Origin: Atractiella rhizophila
Taxonomy: Eukaryota
Direction: 5' to 3'
Assembly (NCBI GenBank): GCA_021432655.1
Contig: MU271414.1
Coordinates: 1 to 64,000, forward strand
DNA length: 64,000 bases
Shown here: positions 31,165 to 45,400 of the stretch, piece by piece
Layout of the letters: each line of letters opens with the position of its first letter
How positions within the stretch are numbered: the first letter of the stretch is position 1
Notes under the pieces: model-generated
Database searches by the model: none
Told to the model about the DNA's origin: nothing
Seen by the model: the letters and a program-made list of their open reading frames with translations, nothing else
Made by a program: the position numbers and the translations under genes

Positions 31165-32570
31165 GTTGGTCGGTAAAATTGTAAGATGAAGAATCTAGCC
31201 AATTAAATGGAGCCCAATTAACGAAATGCAGGCAGATCAATCCAGAGAGGGACGGTTGGGTGAGATGAGGTAGGGGCTGCAGAAGGAGGAGCAACTGTGG
31301 CAACTCTTCCTTGTCAAGAATCTCGAACTGAGGGAAGTCGAACTACTTGGCAGCCTTTTATAACAAGGAAGAAGGCCAGAATCATTCCAATATTCAGGAA
31401 TAAAGGGAAATTTTGGTTTGTTGACAACCACAGATAAACTTTACTTAACCCCCTCTTGTTTGTGAGTATTTAGTGCGGAATCAAGGTGTCCGCGTGGATA
31501 GGCAGATTAGCTTCAACCTTTCTGGACCCAAAAGTAGAGAAGGGGGGATCAGTGCACAAGGCAATTTCAAGCTTCCGAGTTGCTTGGAGAAATTTGAAGG
31601 AAATTCGGAAGGAACTGAGAAGGGAGGTGCTTTGGTCGTCGCCTAGAACAAAGGGAGGAAGTAGACCCTAAAAAAGCAGCAAGCATTCCAGCCCGAAATG
31701 AAAATCACGGATCGAGTGTCTGAATGTCAAAGAACAGCAATCTGCCGTTTTTGAGATGGTTGAAATAGGTCATGGCCTCGAGAAATACCACGAAAACGGT
31801 CGGAAAGAGCTTAAGCAAATCTGGAGCGGATGTCATCGGTGGAGCACGAAGCCCCCTCTATTCTCGAAGCATCGGGCATTCACCTGCACTTCCATGCGTT
31901 TTTCATGTGGGAGCAGGTGCACCACAACCCTTTTCTGCAAGATGAATGACAACCTTTGGGACAGCCTTGCATATCTGCACCGATTTGGATAATCGATTTG
32001 AGGTTTCAGACTCGGACCTCAACAAAGAACCTGGCTCCACTAAAGATAGACCAAATGTACAAGGTCTCCCTCGTGCTGGCTAGTGTCAGGCTGTGTGAAA
32101 GATGAAAATATGGCAGAGTAAGCCTTTCATGGCCGTTCGAAATCAGCATAAAGTAAGTACCGAATGTACGTCGCTGGGAACAAATTTACTGCATCACGAT
32201 GTTAGTACAGACGCCTTCCTAGCATTTTAACAGGGAGTAAGTTTCCCTTTGCGGGAATCTGCCAGAGGAGGCCAAAATACTGTTCTAAACGGGACGGTTT
32301 CCCATGCTACTAAAATCACATAAGTTTTAACAGCAATCAGAGTCTCAGAGAGCCCTTCCTCAAGCTAGCGGGAAGGTCAAGCACAAAGTTGACCTGAGGA
32401 TGCGGCAAGGTCTGTGTCAAACTTTAACTTAACTACCTGGCTTCTTGTTTTTTTTTGTGATCATCTCTGCCATTCTTCTCCTTCTCCGTCGGGTCCACTG
32501 TGAGCATTGTCCTCTCTCAATCCATCAAGCCACTATCCTTAGACTAATATCTCTGCGCTTAGAACCGAAA

Positions 32571-33174
32571 ATGTCTTCCAGTAACAAGATCAAGGCACAC
32601 GAGCTGGCGACCAAGTCGAAGGCCGACTTGGTCAAGCAGTTGGATGAATTGAAACAGGAACTTCTGAGTTTGAGAGTGCAGAAGATCACTGGGAACAATA
32701 CCAGCAAGCTGACGAAATTGTGAGTTGCTCATGCTTCTAAGATGGAGTGGTCGGAAAGTTGGGTTGAACGCTTGATCACAACTGGACCATCCATGAGACT
32801 CAATGCTAGCTTGCTTTGCAAGAGCACTGCTCTCTGCGGTCAGAATGCTGATTTGGTTGTGATTCTACCAGAAACACCGTCCGCAAGTCTATCGCTCGCG
32901 TCCTCACCGTCATGCAATCCAAACAACGTCAAGCCCTCCGCGAGTTCTACAAGAACAAGAAGTACCTTCCCCTTGACCTTAGGCCAAAGAAGACACGAGC
33001 TATCCGCCGGAGACTGACTAAGGTAGGCTGCCTTGGCTTTAATTGTTCCTGAAAGGGTAAGAACAGTAGAAACTGATCATCTGCGCTGAATAGCACGAGG
33101 CCAACAAGAAGACGGAGCGAGAGAGGAAGAAAGCCATTCACTTCCCTAAGAGAAAATTTGTGGTCAAGGCCTAA
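32571..33174 (+). CDS. RPL35: 60S ribosomal protein L35 (uL29), 3 coding exons plus a 5'UTR intron at 32500-32562
   Basis: [75 protein letters not shown]. Confidence 0.97.
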
Positions 33175-33331
33175 ACCCCTTCTCTTGTATCCATTCGACA
33201 TGCGGATTATGCAGGGTTTTACATCTATGCCAATCATGATCTTTTTATCCCTTCAGAGGTTGGGTGTGTAAACCTGGATGTGTTTCTGACGCCTAACAAG
33301 CAATCCACCTTCTACAGTACAATGTTAACAC

Positions 33332-34688
33332 TCAATCGTCCATCCCACCAGCCACACCTTCCTCCTTCATCTGCACCTTTCCCTTCTGCATCCTGTTCTC
33401 TCTTTTCGCCCGACTCCACAGTTGCTCGTCATCCCTCAGAATGAAGTTGACAATAACCATCGGCCAGCTGCGATGCTGCGGTAAGGGCTCGTAGAACTCT
33501 TTCGCTATGCGCGAAAGCTCGGGAAGGCGTGTCCATGGCACGGAGGGAAAGTCATGATGCTCGTTATGGTAGCCAACCTGTTGATTTTGTTATCAGAACA
33601 CGACCAAGTACTCGCAGAAGCAAAAGGAAACGAACATTGTAGCAGAAGATGTTGAGCCAGCCATAGTAGCTCCAAGTCTCCATGTCTAAGCCTTCCCATA
33701 GGTAATGCTCAGCGATGAAGTGTGCCGCAAGAGGATGCAAGCTGCCGGCGAAGAATGTTGAAATTAGAAGGTATAACCATGAGTTCCAACATGCGAAATG
33801 CTCGACGAGGAAGTAGACAAAGGTGAACTGAAAAGCCATATTGAAGAATGTCCAGCGTGTAAAGGGTATTGATTTGATCATGCCTGGTCGGATGGCATAG
33901 AAAAGAATTTGACAGGTGCAGAAAAAGAGCTTGCCGAGTCTGTTGGACAGAACCCACGCTTCTAGACGAGAGGGAATGTCAGTGTCGACTCCGTCCTCAC
34001 CAAGGTAGCGGTGGTGTTCCATATGATATTTCTACACATCATGTCAACAAACAATGTCAGTCGGAAGCAGGACAACGAACCTTGAACATCATGGCATACG
34101 GCAAACCAATGGGTAAATTCGCAACCCAAGCAAAAATTCGGTTCGCTTTCACTCCATTGAAGGCGAGATTGTGCGTAATTTCGTGGATTGCAAGAAACAA
34201 ATTCTGGTTTGCAGAACCGCCAATTGCGTACGCTGTCAGCATGAACTTCCAACTGAATATGGGCTGGTTCCGAAAGCTGTATGCGATCGCAATTTGAAGA
34301 GCAACCACAGCCAAAACAACATATTTGGTGAGAGGTTCCGGGCCCATCAACCGAACGACCTTTCATATTCGAAATTACTCCAAGCCCAAGGAACACGGCA
34401 GATGAAAGTGCTCACCTCGGGATGAGCTTTTAGAATGGCTTTCTTTCGACTCTTGTGCGGTTCCTCCTTTTCAATCCATAGAAAATCTTCCCACCTCCCG
34501 CTTGCACTCTTTAACGGAGCTTTCTTTGGAATCCACTGGGTGACATCGACGGCTGAAAGAACAGGAGAAGCACTAGGAGACTCGGCTTCGGAAGAAGATG
34601 TAGAGTTGGGTCCTCCTGTCGTTCGAAGAGAAGAAGCTCGATGTGTTGGAACGACGCCCATGGAAAGAGCTGAAGTGACCCCTGCCAT
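33332..34688 (-). CDS. DES1: Sphingolipid delta-4 desaturase, 4 exons
   Basis: EEPHKSRKKAILKAHPEV and the three His boxes HEITHN, HMEHH and HNEHHDFP. Confidence 0.95.
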
Positions 34689-35378
34689 GGTTCTAGCCAA
34701 AGGTGGTTGTAACTTGACAATGTGTGACTTCAAACAACGGGAGTTGACAAGCTCAGCTCAGCTGACGAAGAAAGGAGAGTCCTTTAAAAGACAAGCACAG
34801 GGGAGGAAACGCTACAGCGTCTTTTTTGAGTACGGATTCCCTGGAGCTCGACTGGAAGTGGTCGGAAGGATGAACAGATGGAGAAATGCGCTCTAGAAAA
34901 ATGCGCTTACACTTGCACTTCATCACTACCTCCAGCTTTGACATGGAAGAATGTGCCCAAAGGTTGGTATGCTACTTAAACAGCTGCTGGGGTGAGGTTG
35001 CCCAGTCAGACTCTTACCCGAAGGATTCTACAAGCCGAAATGCACTTGGCCCATTGGTGAGTCTAACTTTCCAAATGCAGCAAAAAGCAAGCACTGAGGA
35101 ATTTGATCGCCGTTGATTCAATGCACGTCAAAGAAGTAAGGATTTGATTGTTGGGTTTGCTCCAGAATAACATCTGCGCTTTACACAGAAAGACCGAAGA
35201 TTGAAAGCGTAGGCGAAAAGGAAACAGAGGTGTCCTTGGCTATACACTCACTTCAGTTGGCACCAACTCGATAGAGGTGCCCAGTGAGGACCAGTTGAAT
35301 ACACATTTCGTTGCATGTGCTAGGTGACGCTGTTGGATGGACAGACAACAATTGCCAATAGATGAGGGAGAAGTTTGC

Positions 35379-36822
35379 CTAAACGGCAGCAGAAAAATAA
35401 ACCAGATTAGGAGCGGGTTGCTCTGGTGCTGGCCGAACAGAATTGTAATGCTACACACTACCGTCAAAATCATTCTTCACAAACAAAGGAAACTACTCAC
35501 TTCTCCCAAACCATACATCTTCTTATGATAACTAATCCTTAACGGCGCACGTTTCTTCCCCTTTTTACCATTTTCGCCTTCTGCCTCCTCTCCTACCTTC
35601 ACCTCTGGACCATCTGACTGGATAACGTGAATGGGGATCTTCCAATACCTGCTGAGAGCGTTAATCTCCGTTTGTCCTCCCCAAACCGCGGTCGTAGCAA
35701 TACTGTCACAATATTCGCTGTATTTTTCGGGAGATAGAACTCCGTCAGGTGAGGAAGGGTCGATTTCAGAAGCAGGAAGGTAAGGAAGGAAATCATCCGG
35801 ATGTTCCATCATGAAGGCAGCCGCTGCGCGCCGTGTTGTTGCGTACGTCTCATTCGATGAAATCCGCCAGAAATTTAGTTGATCTGCAATTGCGTTAAAC
35901 AAGCAATGACCATCAGGTTCCATCTTCAGAGACCTCAATCAAACCGTGCTCCTACGAGTAGAGAGAAAGCTCACTTCGTAAATCTGCCAGTGCTGCTTCC
36001 GGCAGATAACGTCCAGTCTCCTTCTCTCTTCCTCCGCTCCATCATCTGGTGCTTCCCTCGCCTCTTGTTCAGCTTGCTCCCGTTGCTTCAACACTTCAGC
36101 TTCCTTCCTATCTTTCCTTGCTTGCTGTCGGTTCTTTCCTTTGGACAGAGCGTCCTTAATCCCTTGACGAAAACCATGTCCGTTTGAGGAATTCGAATCG
36201 TGAGAGGAGCCTGATCGCGTTGAGTGTCGTGAGGACCTTGTTAGAATACTGTTAGGGTCGAGGGAGGAAGATGCAGGAGCTGAAGAGGTTGAGGCATCGA
36301 TCTGATCGAGCAACTGATCTGCCAGGTCCAGAACTTCAGCTTCATGGTGCTCGCCACCATCGACCACCCCGCCAGCGCTGATAACGTTCAGCTCTGAAGA
36401 TTTCGTCTTCTCCACGTCATTCTTGATCTTCTTTTTATTTAATTTCGACTTTGAGTTCGCTTTTGCGGGTTTGTTGCGATTGAAGAGAGCTGAAATTGGC
36501 GATGGCGATTTGGGAGATCGGGATATGTCATTTTGAGCTGCTAAAAGCGTATCCACATTTTGAGCGTGCTGAGCTGCCAAAGACATGCCTGAGAGGCTAT
36601 GCACTGGCGTCTGAACTGGTGTGGGACTGTGGCAGACACTTCAGCTGTCGACGATTTTGTAGAGGCCGAGCCAACCACGAAGCCGTCGGAGTATTGTGCC
36701 GGTATTCCGGATTGTTGTCTAAGGTTGACAAGAACACAAAGTCTACTAAGCCAGTACAACGGTAGCCGCAGTTGCCTTCTCCCAAAGACCATGCGTTGAC
36801 TTGCAGGTTTTTTGTGATGCAT
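35379..36822 (-). CDS. OTU-domain deubiquitinase (Otu2/OTUD6-like); ends approximate
   Basis: EPDGHCLFNAIADQL, AVWGGQTEINALS, ISYHKKMYGLGE|HYNSVR (catalytic Cys and His). Confidence 0.88.
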
Positions 36823-37038
36823 ACGGTGATGGCGTTGTTGAAGTTTCAAGCTTGCACTATTTGACCAGAAATTTTACTTCTAGTTGTTTGTCGTCTAGAT
36901 TAGGCATTCTCCAGCTTACTCTGTCGGTTTCGAGGATGCAGATAGAGCAATAGTCTGAGCATGGTGGCGCATAATTGAAAAGGTTAGAATGCAAGGACAG
37001 CGCTCCCTAGAGTCTACAGTAACCAGATACAGCGTGTA

Positions 37039-38383
37039 TCAACATGCAGCAGCGTATTGTGGCGTCATCGTCATGCCTTCTGGAAAAGGTGCCAGGGTAA
37101 TTGGAATATTCATTTTCTCGTCATTTCCTAATCCTGGGACGTCAAAATCGAGATTGATGTGCCACTGTCGCAGCATGTTGTTAGCGCAATCCCTTGAAGG
37201 TGAAGCACTACATACGGTCAACGTCAAATTTGGAGCAGAAAAGTCAGGAGATAATGGATATTGCCCCAAATTGAAATCTCCCATAACTCGTTTGGTCCTA
37301 TCTCTCGTGTGAAAAAACATCTCATCAAGGCCTACGCTTCTGCCCTCAACTTCAACATTTCGGATCGTCGGAGAGAGAACGGAGGTGGAATGAGTTTCAC
37401 GTCTGCTGGGATGAGACACAGAAACTGTGAGCGTCTGGCGGAAAGACAACTCAATCTTCTTGATGACTTTGTCGTCTTTCTTTCCGTCATGAAGGTCGAG
37501 CATGAGAATGAATGGCAAAGTAGAGCCAATCAGATATATTGGAGCATTGGGAAGGGCGAACTGTTTGCCACTACTGTTAGACATAATTCCTTTCGGTATG
37601 AAATACGTCATTACCTTCACTCCAATATGAGCTAAGGTTTGCCTGAAGGTCCCTTTCAGGTGCATCTCGTGCTCAGAAATGGTCCATCCTTGCGGATCAA
37701 AGTCAGGTCCTGGAGGGAACTGTCCTCGCGACGTGGCCTCGAGGAACATAGGACTTCGCCAAACCGGACCTGGGGGAATAGGGGAGACGAGAACAGGCAC
37801 ACGAAGTTTGTGGTCGAAGTGCAAACCAACGCGATCGCCTTCAACCTTCAGATAATAGAGCACAAATTGATCGTGATTGTCTGCGAATCCGTGAAAGCTA
37901 GGAGGAATGCCCGGCCCTCCAAATTGTGGAGCTAAAGGGACTTGGATAGAGAATGGGAAGGAATATCTGTGGAAATAGTCAGCTGAAAAAGTTCAGGGCC
38001 GAAGGATTGAATAAAAGGTCAGACGTCTGTGCCGCAAGCTTCTCCCCATCCATCCTGAAGCCTTGCAGGTTCCTTTCATCCCACAGCGCCATCTTCAAAT
38101 TGATGATATCACATTCCTCAGACCTCCTCTCCTGCCTCGTCTGACTTTTACCATCGGACTCGATTTGATGTTGTGTAACTGTTAACGCGCTTCTGGTCTT
38201 CCCTCGAAGCGTCAATGAGATCTCCCGCAGCTTTTGTGGCTCGTTAAGGTTGAATATTACAGTCCCAGATATTGTTGCTCCCGCAACGTAGGTTGGATGT
38301 GCATTAGGGATCGGAGAAGCGAGAATAACAGTGAAGACCCGAGCTTTGTCAGCGAACTCGTAATTTCTGCCTTGAGTTTGCAT
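37039..38383 (-). CDS. Arrestin-like (alpha-arrestin) protein
   Basis: YVAGATISGTVIFNLNEPQKLREISLTLRGK, YSFPFSIQVP...IPPSF...LYYLKV, typical of the arrestin-N beta sandwich. Confidence 0.75.
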
Positions 38384-38799
38384 TCCGTCAAAGAAGTAGG
38401 AGGGGGAGCTCAGACCGCTTCAGCTCGACCCGCGGTATTTATCAATCAGGATTGGAAACGTACAGCCCAAACGACGGACACAGACAAAGAGAGCTGCAGT
38501 CTGCAGACGTAAGTATCTGTATGAGTAGGATCGCGGATGCTGCCACTGAGGTGTTGAAAGTTGAAGAATTAATGACAATACCGTGCCTACAACAAAAGGT
38601 TGCACAAAATAGAAAGTAGTTGTGCGATGATGATGAACAAGCAGTGCAATGCTCAGTCACCTTGCACTTCAGCTTAGCATATCGAAAACCTACTGAGATG
38701 CTTCGATCTGGATGAAGCGAAGCGAGCGCTGTGGAAACTAAGGAGATCCGCGACAAACTCGTGTCATTGCAGTGCTCCAGTGTACAAAGTACAAAGATG

Positions 38800-39505
38800 T
38801 CATCTTCTTTTGAACCCTTTATCACTCAGGTTTGCGGGTCCCTTTGGTTCTCTGATGATTCCATCAGATCCTGAAGTGACATGAGATCCAGGAGCCTTCT
38901 TATCTCTCTTCCCGGAAACGGCGTCTCTTTCCTTCTCTGCTGCGGCTTGCGAACCTTCCCCAAAAATTCGGATTCGAGCAGAATCATATTCGGCTTGTCG
39001 TTCTTCCAACGTCTTCTGGCCCTTCGAGTCGTGAGAAGGATTGATACGAGGGGTTGGTTGGGGTGGTGCGCGCTTCAAGATCTTGAAGGCAGGAGCAAAT
39101 GCGTCCGGAGGCGGAGCCTTGACGTTTCCAGTCGTCGAAAGAGCGATATTCGACGAGGCAGTTTCGTTTCTTCTCCCAGGATACTTTCAATCCCAAATCC
39201 ATCTATAGAACGGCAAGTACTCACGCTCGTCGCCAGGTCTCCGCCTCTTCCTCTCCTTCCTCCTCGCCAAAGCCATCAGGAGGCGTCCTTATTGCTGGCC
39301 ATGTAGCTGACGGTAAATCTTTCGGAGGCATGCTTATGGGGATAGAATCATAATCTGCCTACTAGCTCAGTGTCTCGTAAGCTGGTTGCCCCCGAATCGG
39401 TGAAGATAGAACGGACCAGGCAAAACGCACCGTCTCCCAATCATCAACGAGCATGTCTTCCTCTGCTTTAGCCGCCGTGTTTTTCGCTTTCTCTCCCTTC
39501 GACAT
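38800..39505 (-). CDS. SUZ/SUZ-C domain protein (SZRD1-like)
   Basis: DDWE, FKILKR, KTLEERQAEYDSARIRIFG, IIREPKGP...GF. Confidence 0.8.
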
Positions 39506-39794
39506 GATCTCGCATCGCTTGCTTTGACTTATTAGGAAGTCTTCTAGGTGTCTCGCTTTATCGCTTTATCTCGCTTCCAAGGTGAACAGACGTGAAGCTG
39601 CGTGAAGTTCAGCCCAGGACACACGCCCGATGGACCAAACTTCGGACAAGTATCGGACTGCCCGCCGGTGGCATTGCAATATTTGCTGATGACTGATAGA
39701 CCCAAGATTGTGTGGGACCAGCAACGACGAAGCCTTGCAGGGGATTTGATCAAAGCATCAGCATTGGATATTGAATAAAGATACTCCAGCGAAC

Positions 39795-40605
39795 ATGCTG
39801 CCTCCACCAATTGATTTTGTAAAATGGTGTGTGTTGTTTGAGGACCAGGACTACAAGCTGAATAAACGAAGGTATGAGGAGAACTCTCATTTACTTGCGC
39901 CGCCTGTCAACAACTACTGCCTTTACGAGTCAGACGACTACAGTAGGTGTCTCTCCGGCATAAGGCTGCAAGCTAATTACACACGACAAGCTGTCATGGC
40001 TGTCGGGGGTCCCAATCAGCGGAATGACTTTCACATCAACCAAACAGATGTAAGCGCCAGATCTACCCCTTGTCTGCTTTTCTCACCAGTGCCTAGGAAT
40101 GGTTCTACCAATATAAAGGGGACATGCTTTTGAAGATTGTAGATCCTCTGTGGCTCTTGACAGCTTCATCTCTGACTGGCCGTTCAAGGTTGAAGACGGC
40201 AAGATACGCGACATCCCGATCAAAGAAGGAGCCATGTTCATGCTCCCACACGATACACCTCACAATCCTGTTCGCTTTGCCAACACGGTTGGTTTTGTGA
40301 TCGAAAGACGCCGACCAGCTGACACAAAAGGTGTGTTCTTGACTTCTTGTTGTAGAAACCGCAGCAACTGAGCGCCAGTGTAGATAGATTAAGATGGTAC
40401 TGCACAGAAGAAGTTCATGACAAGCCTGTTGTCATCCGGGAAGTTGCATTCCATGTAACTGACCTTGGGAAACAGCTGAAGGCGCCGATCAATGTAAGTC
40501 TTTTACATCGTCATAAACGTTTTGATAGACGACTGGCAGGAATGGCGGACTACTGAATCTTTAAGGAAATGCCCAGAGTGCGGCAAGATCGCAGATGCCC
40601 AATGA
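39795..40605 (+). CDS. BNA1: 3-hydroxyanthranilate 3,4-dioxygenase, 7 exons
   Basis: [60 protein letters not shown]. Confidence 0.95.
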
Positions 40606-40998
40606 GCTCATAGCACATCAATGGATGTCTTGTTAAGCGATGAACGGCATGAATGTCACAAGTAAATGCAACTCATCAATATTGTTATAAAATATCTGAT
40701 ATTTTTCTTTCACCACCTGTTTACGTACTAGAAGGCGGTGATAGATGATCGGATTTGTTTCGAACAGATTTCCAAGCCGTTTTTCTAATATTTGGGCAAG
40801 CTTGTCGAAATCAGCTTTGAGCGCGGTTGGGCTTCCGGCCTTGTCGGCTTGGCGGACTGGCGTCCATGTCGGACCCGGACGCCCGGAACAAGAAGTGAAG
40901 ATCAAGAACGAAGGTCTTCATCAATCTCTAGAACTTTCAAACAAGCTACGCTCTGTGATTCGTGTCGATCCAGCCTCCTTTTATAAGTAATCGTTATC

Positions 40999-42050
40999 AT
41001 GAGGTACATCGCCCTTCCTTCCCCTTCCCTGCGCCTACAGCAATCTAATCTCCACAAAGTGCTCCAGGAGACGATGATGATCTCGCCCCTACCCAGACGC
41101 AGGTTCGTGTCATGTTGCTCTGCGTCGTGCATCAGGCTCAACTGGTTTTCACTATAATCAGGGTTACAAGGTGAGCAATTGACAACCGTAGGGGATATGG
41201 GAGACCAAATGTCGCTTCAGGTTGGAGAAAAGAAGTCCATGAGCGAATACGCTCAATTGGACGCGAATGATGAGTCTTTGAATAAATGGAAGGCTTCTCT
41301 AGGTGTTGGTACTGCTTCGGGTAGTGGAGACGCCTCCGGACCTAATGCAAGCTCATTTCCAACACCAGGCGAAGCTCACAAGTTTTCAGGTGACGGTGGA
41401 GGCTCTCGTCCTTCAGGCGCCAACCCGCAGTGCGTGTGCTTGCTAAATAAGAGGTTAATGTTCAATGGGTGTCCCCGCCAGCGCAAGGGCCTATTAGACT
41501 AGATTTGAAGAACGTGGCTGACTTCAAGAAGAATCCCGTCACCATCAAGGAAGGAGTCGAATATTCTGTACAGATCATCTTCAAGTTAATGCTCCCCATG
41601 CCCCTTCAAGTTGTTAACATCAAGGCTTAGGGTCAATCATGCCATCGTCTCCGGACTAAGGTACATTCAGGTTGTGAAGCGGGCTGGTGTTAAGGGTACG
41701 GTTTTCCCCAGGTTTCCCGACACGGACACTGATCAGCTTTCGTAGTTGACAAGCTTGAATGTGGGCATTTTTCAACCCGAGACTTTCTCCATCCAATTCT
41801 TCATGTGTGATGCAGCAATGATCGGATCGTACGGCCCTTCCACTGACCAACTCTCAAAGACCTTTGTGTCGGAAGAGAGTCCTTCGGGAATGCTGGCAAG
41901 GAGCGGGTGTGTCTCTTTCACATATACCTCCGGACCGGGTCAATAACTAGGTTGCATAGATCCTACACGGTGCGATCGCGCGTCACTGACGACGATGGTC
42001 ATGTCCACGCTGATTTTGAGTGGACTTTCAAGCTTGGCAAGGAGTGGTAA
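40999..42050 (+). CDS. RDI1: Rho GDP-dissociation inhibitor, with microexons
   Basis: GYK|VGEKKSMSEYAQLDANDESLNKWKASLG, TIKEGVEY, GLRYIQVVKRAG, MIGSYGP, EESPSGMLARSG, WTFKLGKEW*. Confidence 0.95.
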
Positions 42051-42438
42051 CCAGCCACCAGAAATCTTCCGACTATTATCACATTTGTCCTCTTCTGAAA
42101 CTGTGTTCTGAGGTCTATTCTCTTTCAGCTTCTCGGCCTCTCCGCTTCTCAAATGCCAACATCAGGAAACATCAGGAAAACCCAATGTTTATGTCCATGT
42201 CTGAACTTGATATAAATGACATTTCGCCCTTTGAGAACTGTTCATCGTGTGGAATAAAGTAAGGGCCTTTGAGTAGTCCGTATTGTGTGAAGTTTCGGGG
42301 TTTCTCATTCAGAAACACAAGAATAGTTTGATAAATCCTAGAACAAATCCTCAAATTTGTCGTCACGTGATCGCGTGGTTGCTCGTACTTAAACATCTAC
42401 CACTTCACACGTGTCGGCAAGAAAAGAAGGGCAACGAG

Positions 42439-45400
42439 ATGGTCGTTGCTCCATGGTTGGTGCTTCTTGGATCGATAGGATTGGTACAAAATGGATATGC
42501 TATGGACGTGGACGAGTTTCGAGCGAATCAAACTCTGTTTTGGGGAACTTGGAAGCCTAATCTTTATTTTGGCATGAAATCTCGGACAGCGAATGCTGTT
42601 TCATTAGGATTGGTTTGGTGGGGTGCTGGAGATGTCAATGGATTTAGCCGTGAGACTTTTATTCTCTCAATGGCAAATGGTTGAGAAATGTACGTAACAA
42701 TTAAGGAATCCGCCATGCTTGCAGGCAGGAAGACCAACTGGCTACATATCGCTGGACGCATCACGATGGCAGAAACATCGCGTCTCAGGTGCTTGTTGAC
42801 TTGCATCATAACGTCATCCTGTCCACAGAGGTTTTGAAAGTCCCAGGCGGCGAATTTGGCGGAAGTTGGGGCGTGAGAGTGAGAGGCAAGCCTGTCGACT
42901 CAAGTCAGCAACCTTACCGTTCTCCCGTCAATGAGCTAAATGATGCGGCCTTTAGATTACCCTTCACGAATTTCCCTTGTACCGTATACCTCCATTGAAG
43001 GTCTCGGTTCCTTAGAGTTAGGCATCCCAGAGCATGACGAAGTACGTTTAAAATGCTTTTAGCAACTTCCTCATGCAAGATCCCTAGGGGTTAAGCTCAG
43101 TCATCTTGGAGGGCGAATCACCAAGCGTAGGAGAATTCACTATCCGGATCGAACAAGGTAAGATTCACTTTCAACAACATCTACTGTGCTCATAACTAGT
43201 TCTGAGGTCCCAACAATGCGACTCCGAATCGCGGGAATCACGCCGCAGAATATGGGAGTAAGCTGGACAAATTTCAATACATGGGAATAAAGGCTCAAGA
43301 AGCCATCCTATGGAAGGCGCCAGGTACGCCTTGCTCCTCAAAGGTTAAAGAGCTGAATGACGCGGCTGTAGATCACATGCATGCAGACATCGTCCCTGGA
43401 GCCAACGTTCTCATAGAGAAATATGGCAAAGAAGATCTTCCCGACGCAGGCATTTTATTCTCGCTCTCGAACGAAGTCCGTTCGCAACCAAATTTCTTCG
43501 CTTTCCAGAAAATCCTTGAGGGAGCGTGGGAAGTCAACATATTCTTTGATGACAAAACATCCCCCTCTAAACTTGACGGTAGGTCAAATCCTATCGCTGT
43601 TATCTCAATGGAAGTGACATGTCCTAGGAACTTCGCTTAGCGCTGGTATTGAAGCTGCGACTGCTGCTTTCGACAAGCGGTTCGAAGCGCAATTTAGCTT
43701 GTCTGAGAAAGGATTCAACAAAGAGAAAGTGGCCTTTGCTCGGGAGCTAATCTCAAGCACGATGGGGGGAATTGGCCATTTCTACGGCACCTCAGTCGAG
43801 GATAGACAGTTTCGAGAAGATTGGGATCAAGAGGACGATGACGGATCGAGGAATAGAATTCCCCATCCTAAGTTCGTAGGTCCGAACGAACTTTTTACAG
43901 GAACGCCCAGTCGGAGTTTCTTTCCACGTGGATTTTATTGGTATGTTGCCTAACCTGGATACTGTCTTGCTCACAGGACGGACAGGGATGAAGGTTTTCA
44001 TCTGCTCATTATCGGAGCGTTGGACAACGACATTAGGTACGTCTGCCTTTCCGTTTAACAGCTTCTGATGAACTATGGAGAGTACAGCCTTGAAATATTG
44101 AGATCCTGGATTGATTTGGTCGATGACGATGGTTGGGTAGGCAGAGAACAAATTCTTGGGGACGAAGCGAGAAGTCGAGTAAGCCGCTTCTTACTATTTA
44201 ATCACTCCCCCAATGTCACTGCCATTGCAGGTTCCGAAAGAGTTCGTTACTCAGTACCCTATCTACGGCAATCCCCCCACACTTGCCATGGCCGTTACAG
44301 CGTATATATCTCGGCTGCGTCGACAAGGCATTACAACCGGCTCTGCGGCGGGAACAGATGGAGAAATGGGAATCGATACCGCCCAGACAATCCTTACTAG
44401 CTCATCCAAAGAACATTCCGTCGCCGATAGACATGTCCACTCAGCCTCGCTTGCACAAGCATTTCTCAAATCCATTTATCCAAAGCTGAAACGGCATTAC
44501 GAATGGTTTCGAAGGACTCAACGCGGTCAAATCAAGGAATGGAATAGAAGAGCGCGTTCTAGAACAGAGGCTTACAGATGGAGAGGTCGATCCATGGATC
44601 ATGTTTTAACGAGCGGACTAGACGATTACCCCCGAGCATCACCTCCGCATGTTGGAGAGCTCCATCTCGACTTGATAAGCTGGATGGGGTTCTTTACGAA
44701 GACCATGCATGAGATCGCGACGTTCGTTGGAGAAGAAGATGATGCTGCTGAGCTAGAGGAGAATTTAGAGGGAATTCTCGCTAATATTGATGGCAAGTTT
44801 TGGGATCCCTCACCTCTAAAACGCACTCAAAATTCGGTTCAGATCTACATTGGAGCGAGGAGAAGAAGATGTACTGCGACGTCAGCGTAAACGAAGATGG
44901 TAAACGCCTGACTTCTGTATGCGCGTGCTCAAGTGTTTGGAACAGATGAATCGATTCACGTCTGTCACCAAGGCTATATTTCTCTCTTCCCTCTTCTTCT
45001 TGGGCTGTTGCCACCTTCCGCACCGCAGGTTGAGCACATACTAGACCTTATGCACGATCCTGAAAAACTCTGGTCCCCCTATGGATTGCGAAGTTTAAGC
45101 AAAGATCATCCTCTTTTTGGAGCAGGTGAGAACTATTGGAAAGGTCCAGTTTGGCTTCCCATGAACTACATGGCTCTGCTCTCTCTTTATAAGGTAATTT
45201 TCTCATCTGATAAATTCACACTAATTATGAATAGGTTTACGCGAAAGAGCCTGGCGTATATCAACAAAAGGCCGCCACAATTTACTCCGAGCTAAGGAAT
45301 AACTTGATTGAAAACACCTTCAAAGCATATCCTACCCTACTACTCGATTTACTCTGACCCGAGGTTATAGGAGTACGGTCGGACTGGCTACGCTTGGGAG

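Noticed and set aside
42128..42145. GCTTCTCGGCCT resembling the U2 snRNA 5' end
   Set aside because: The match stops after ~12 nt with no branch-pairing GTAGTA or Sm site, and it lies in the RhoGDI 3'UTR.
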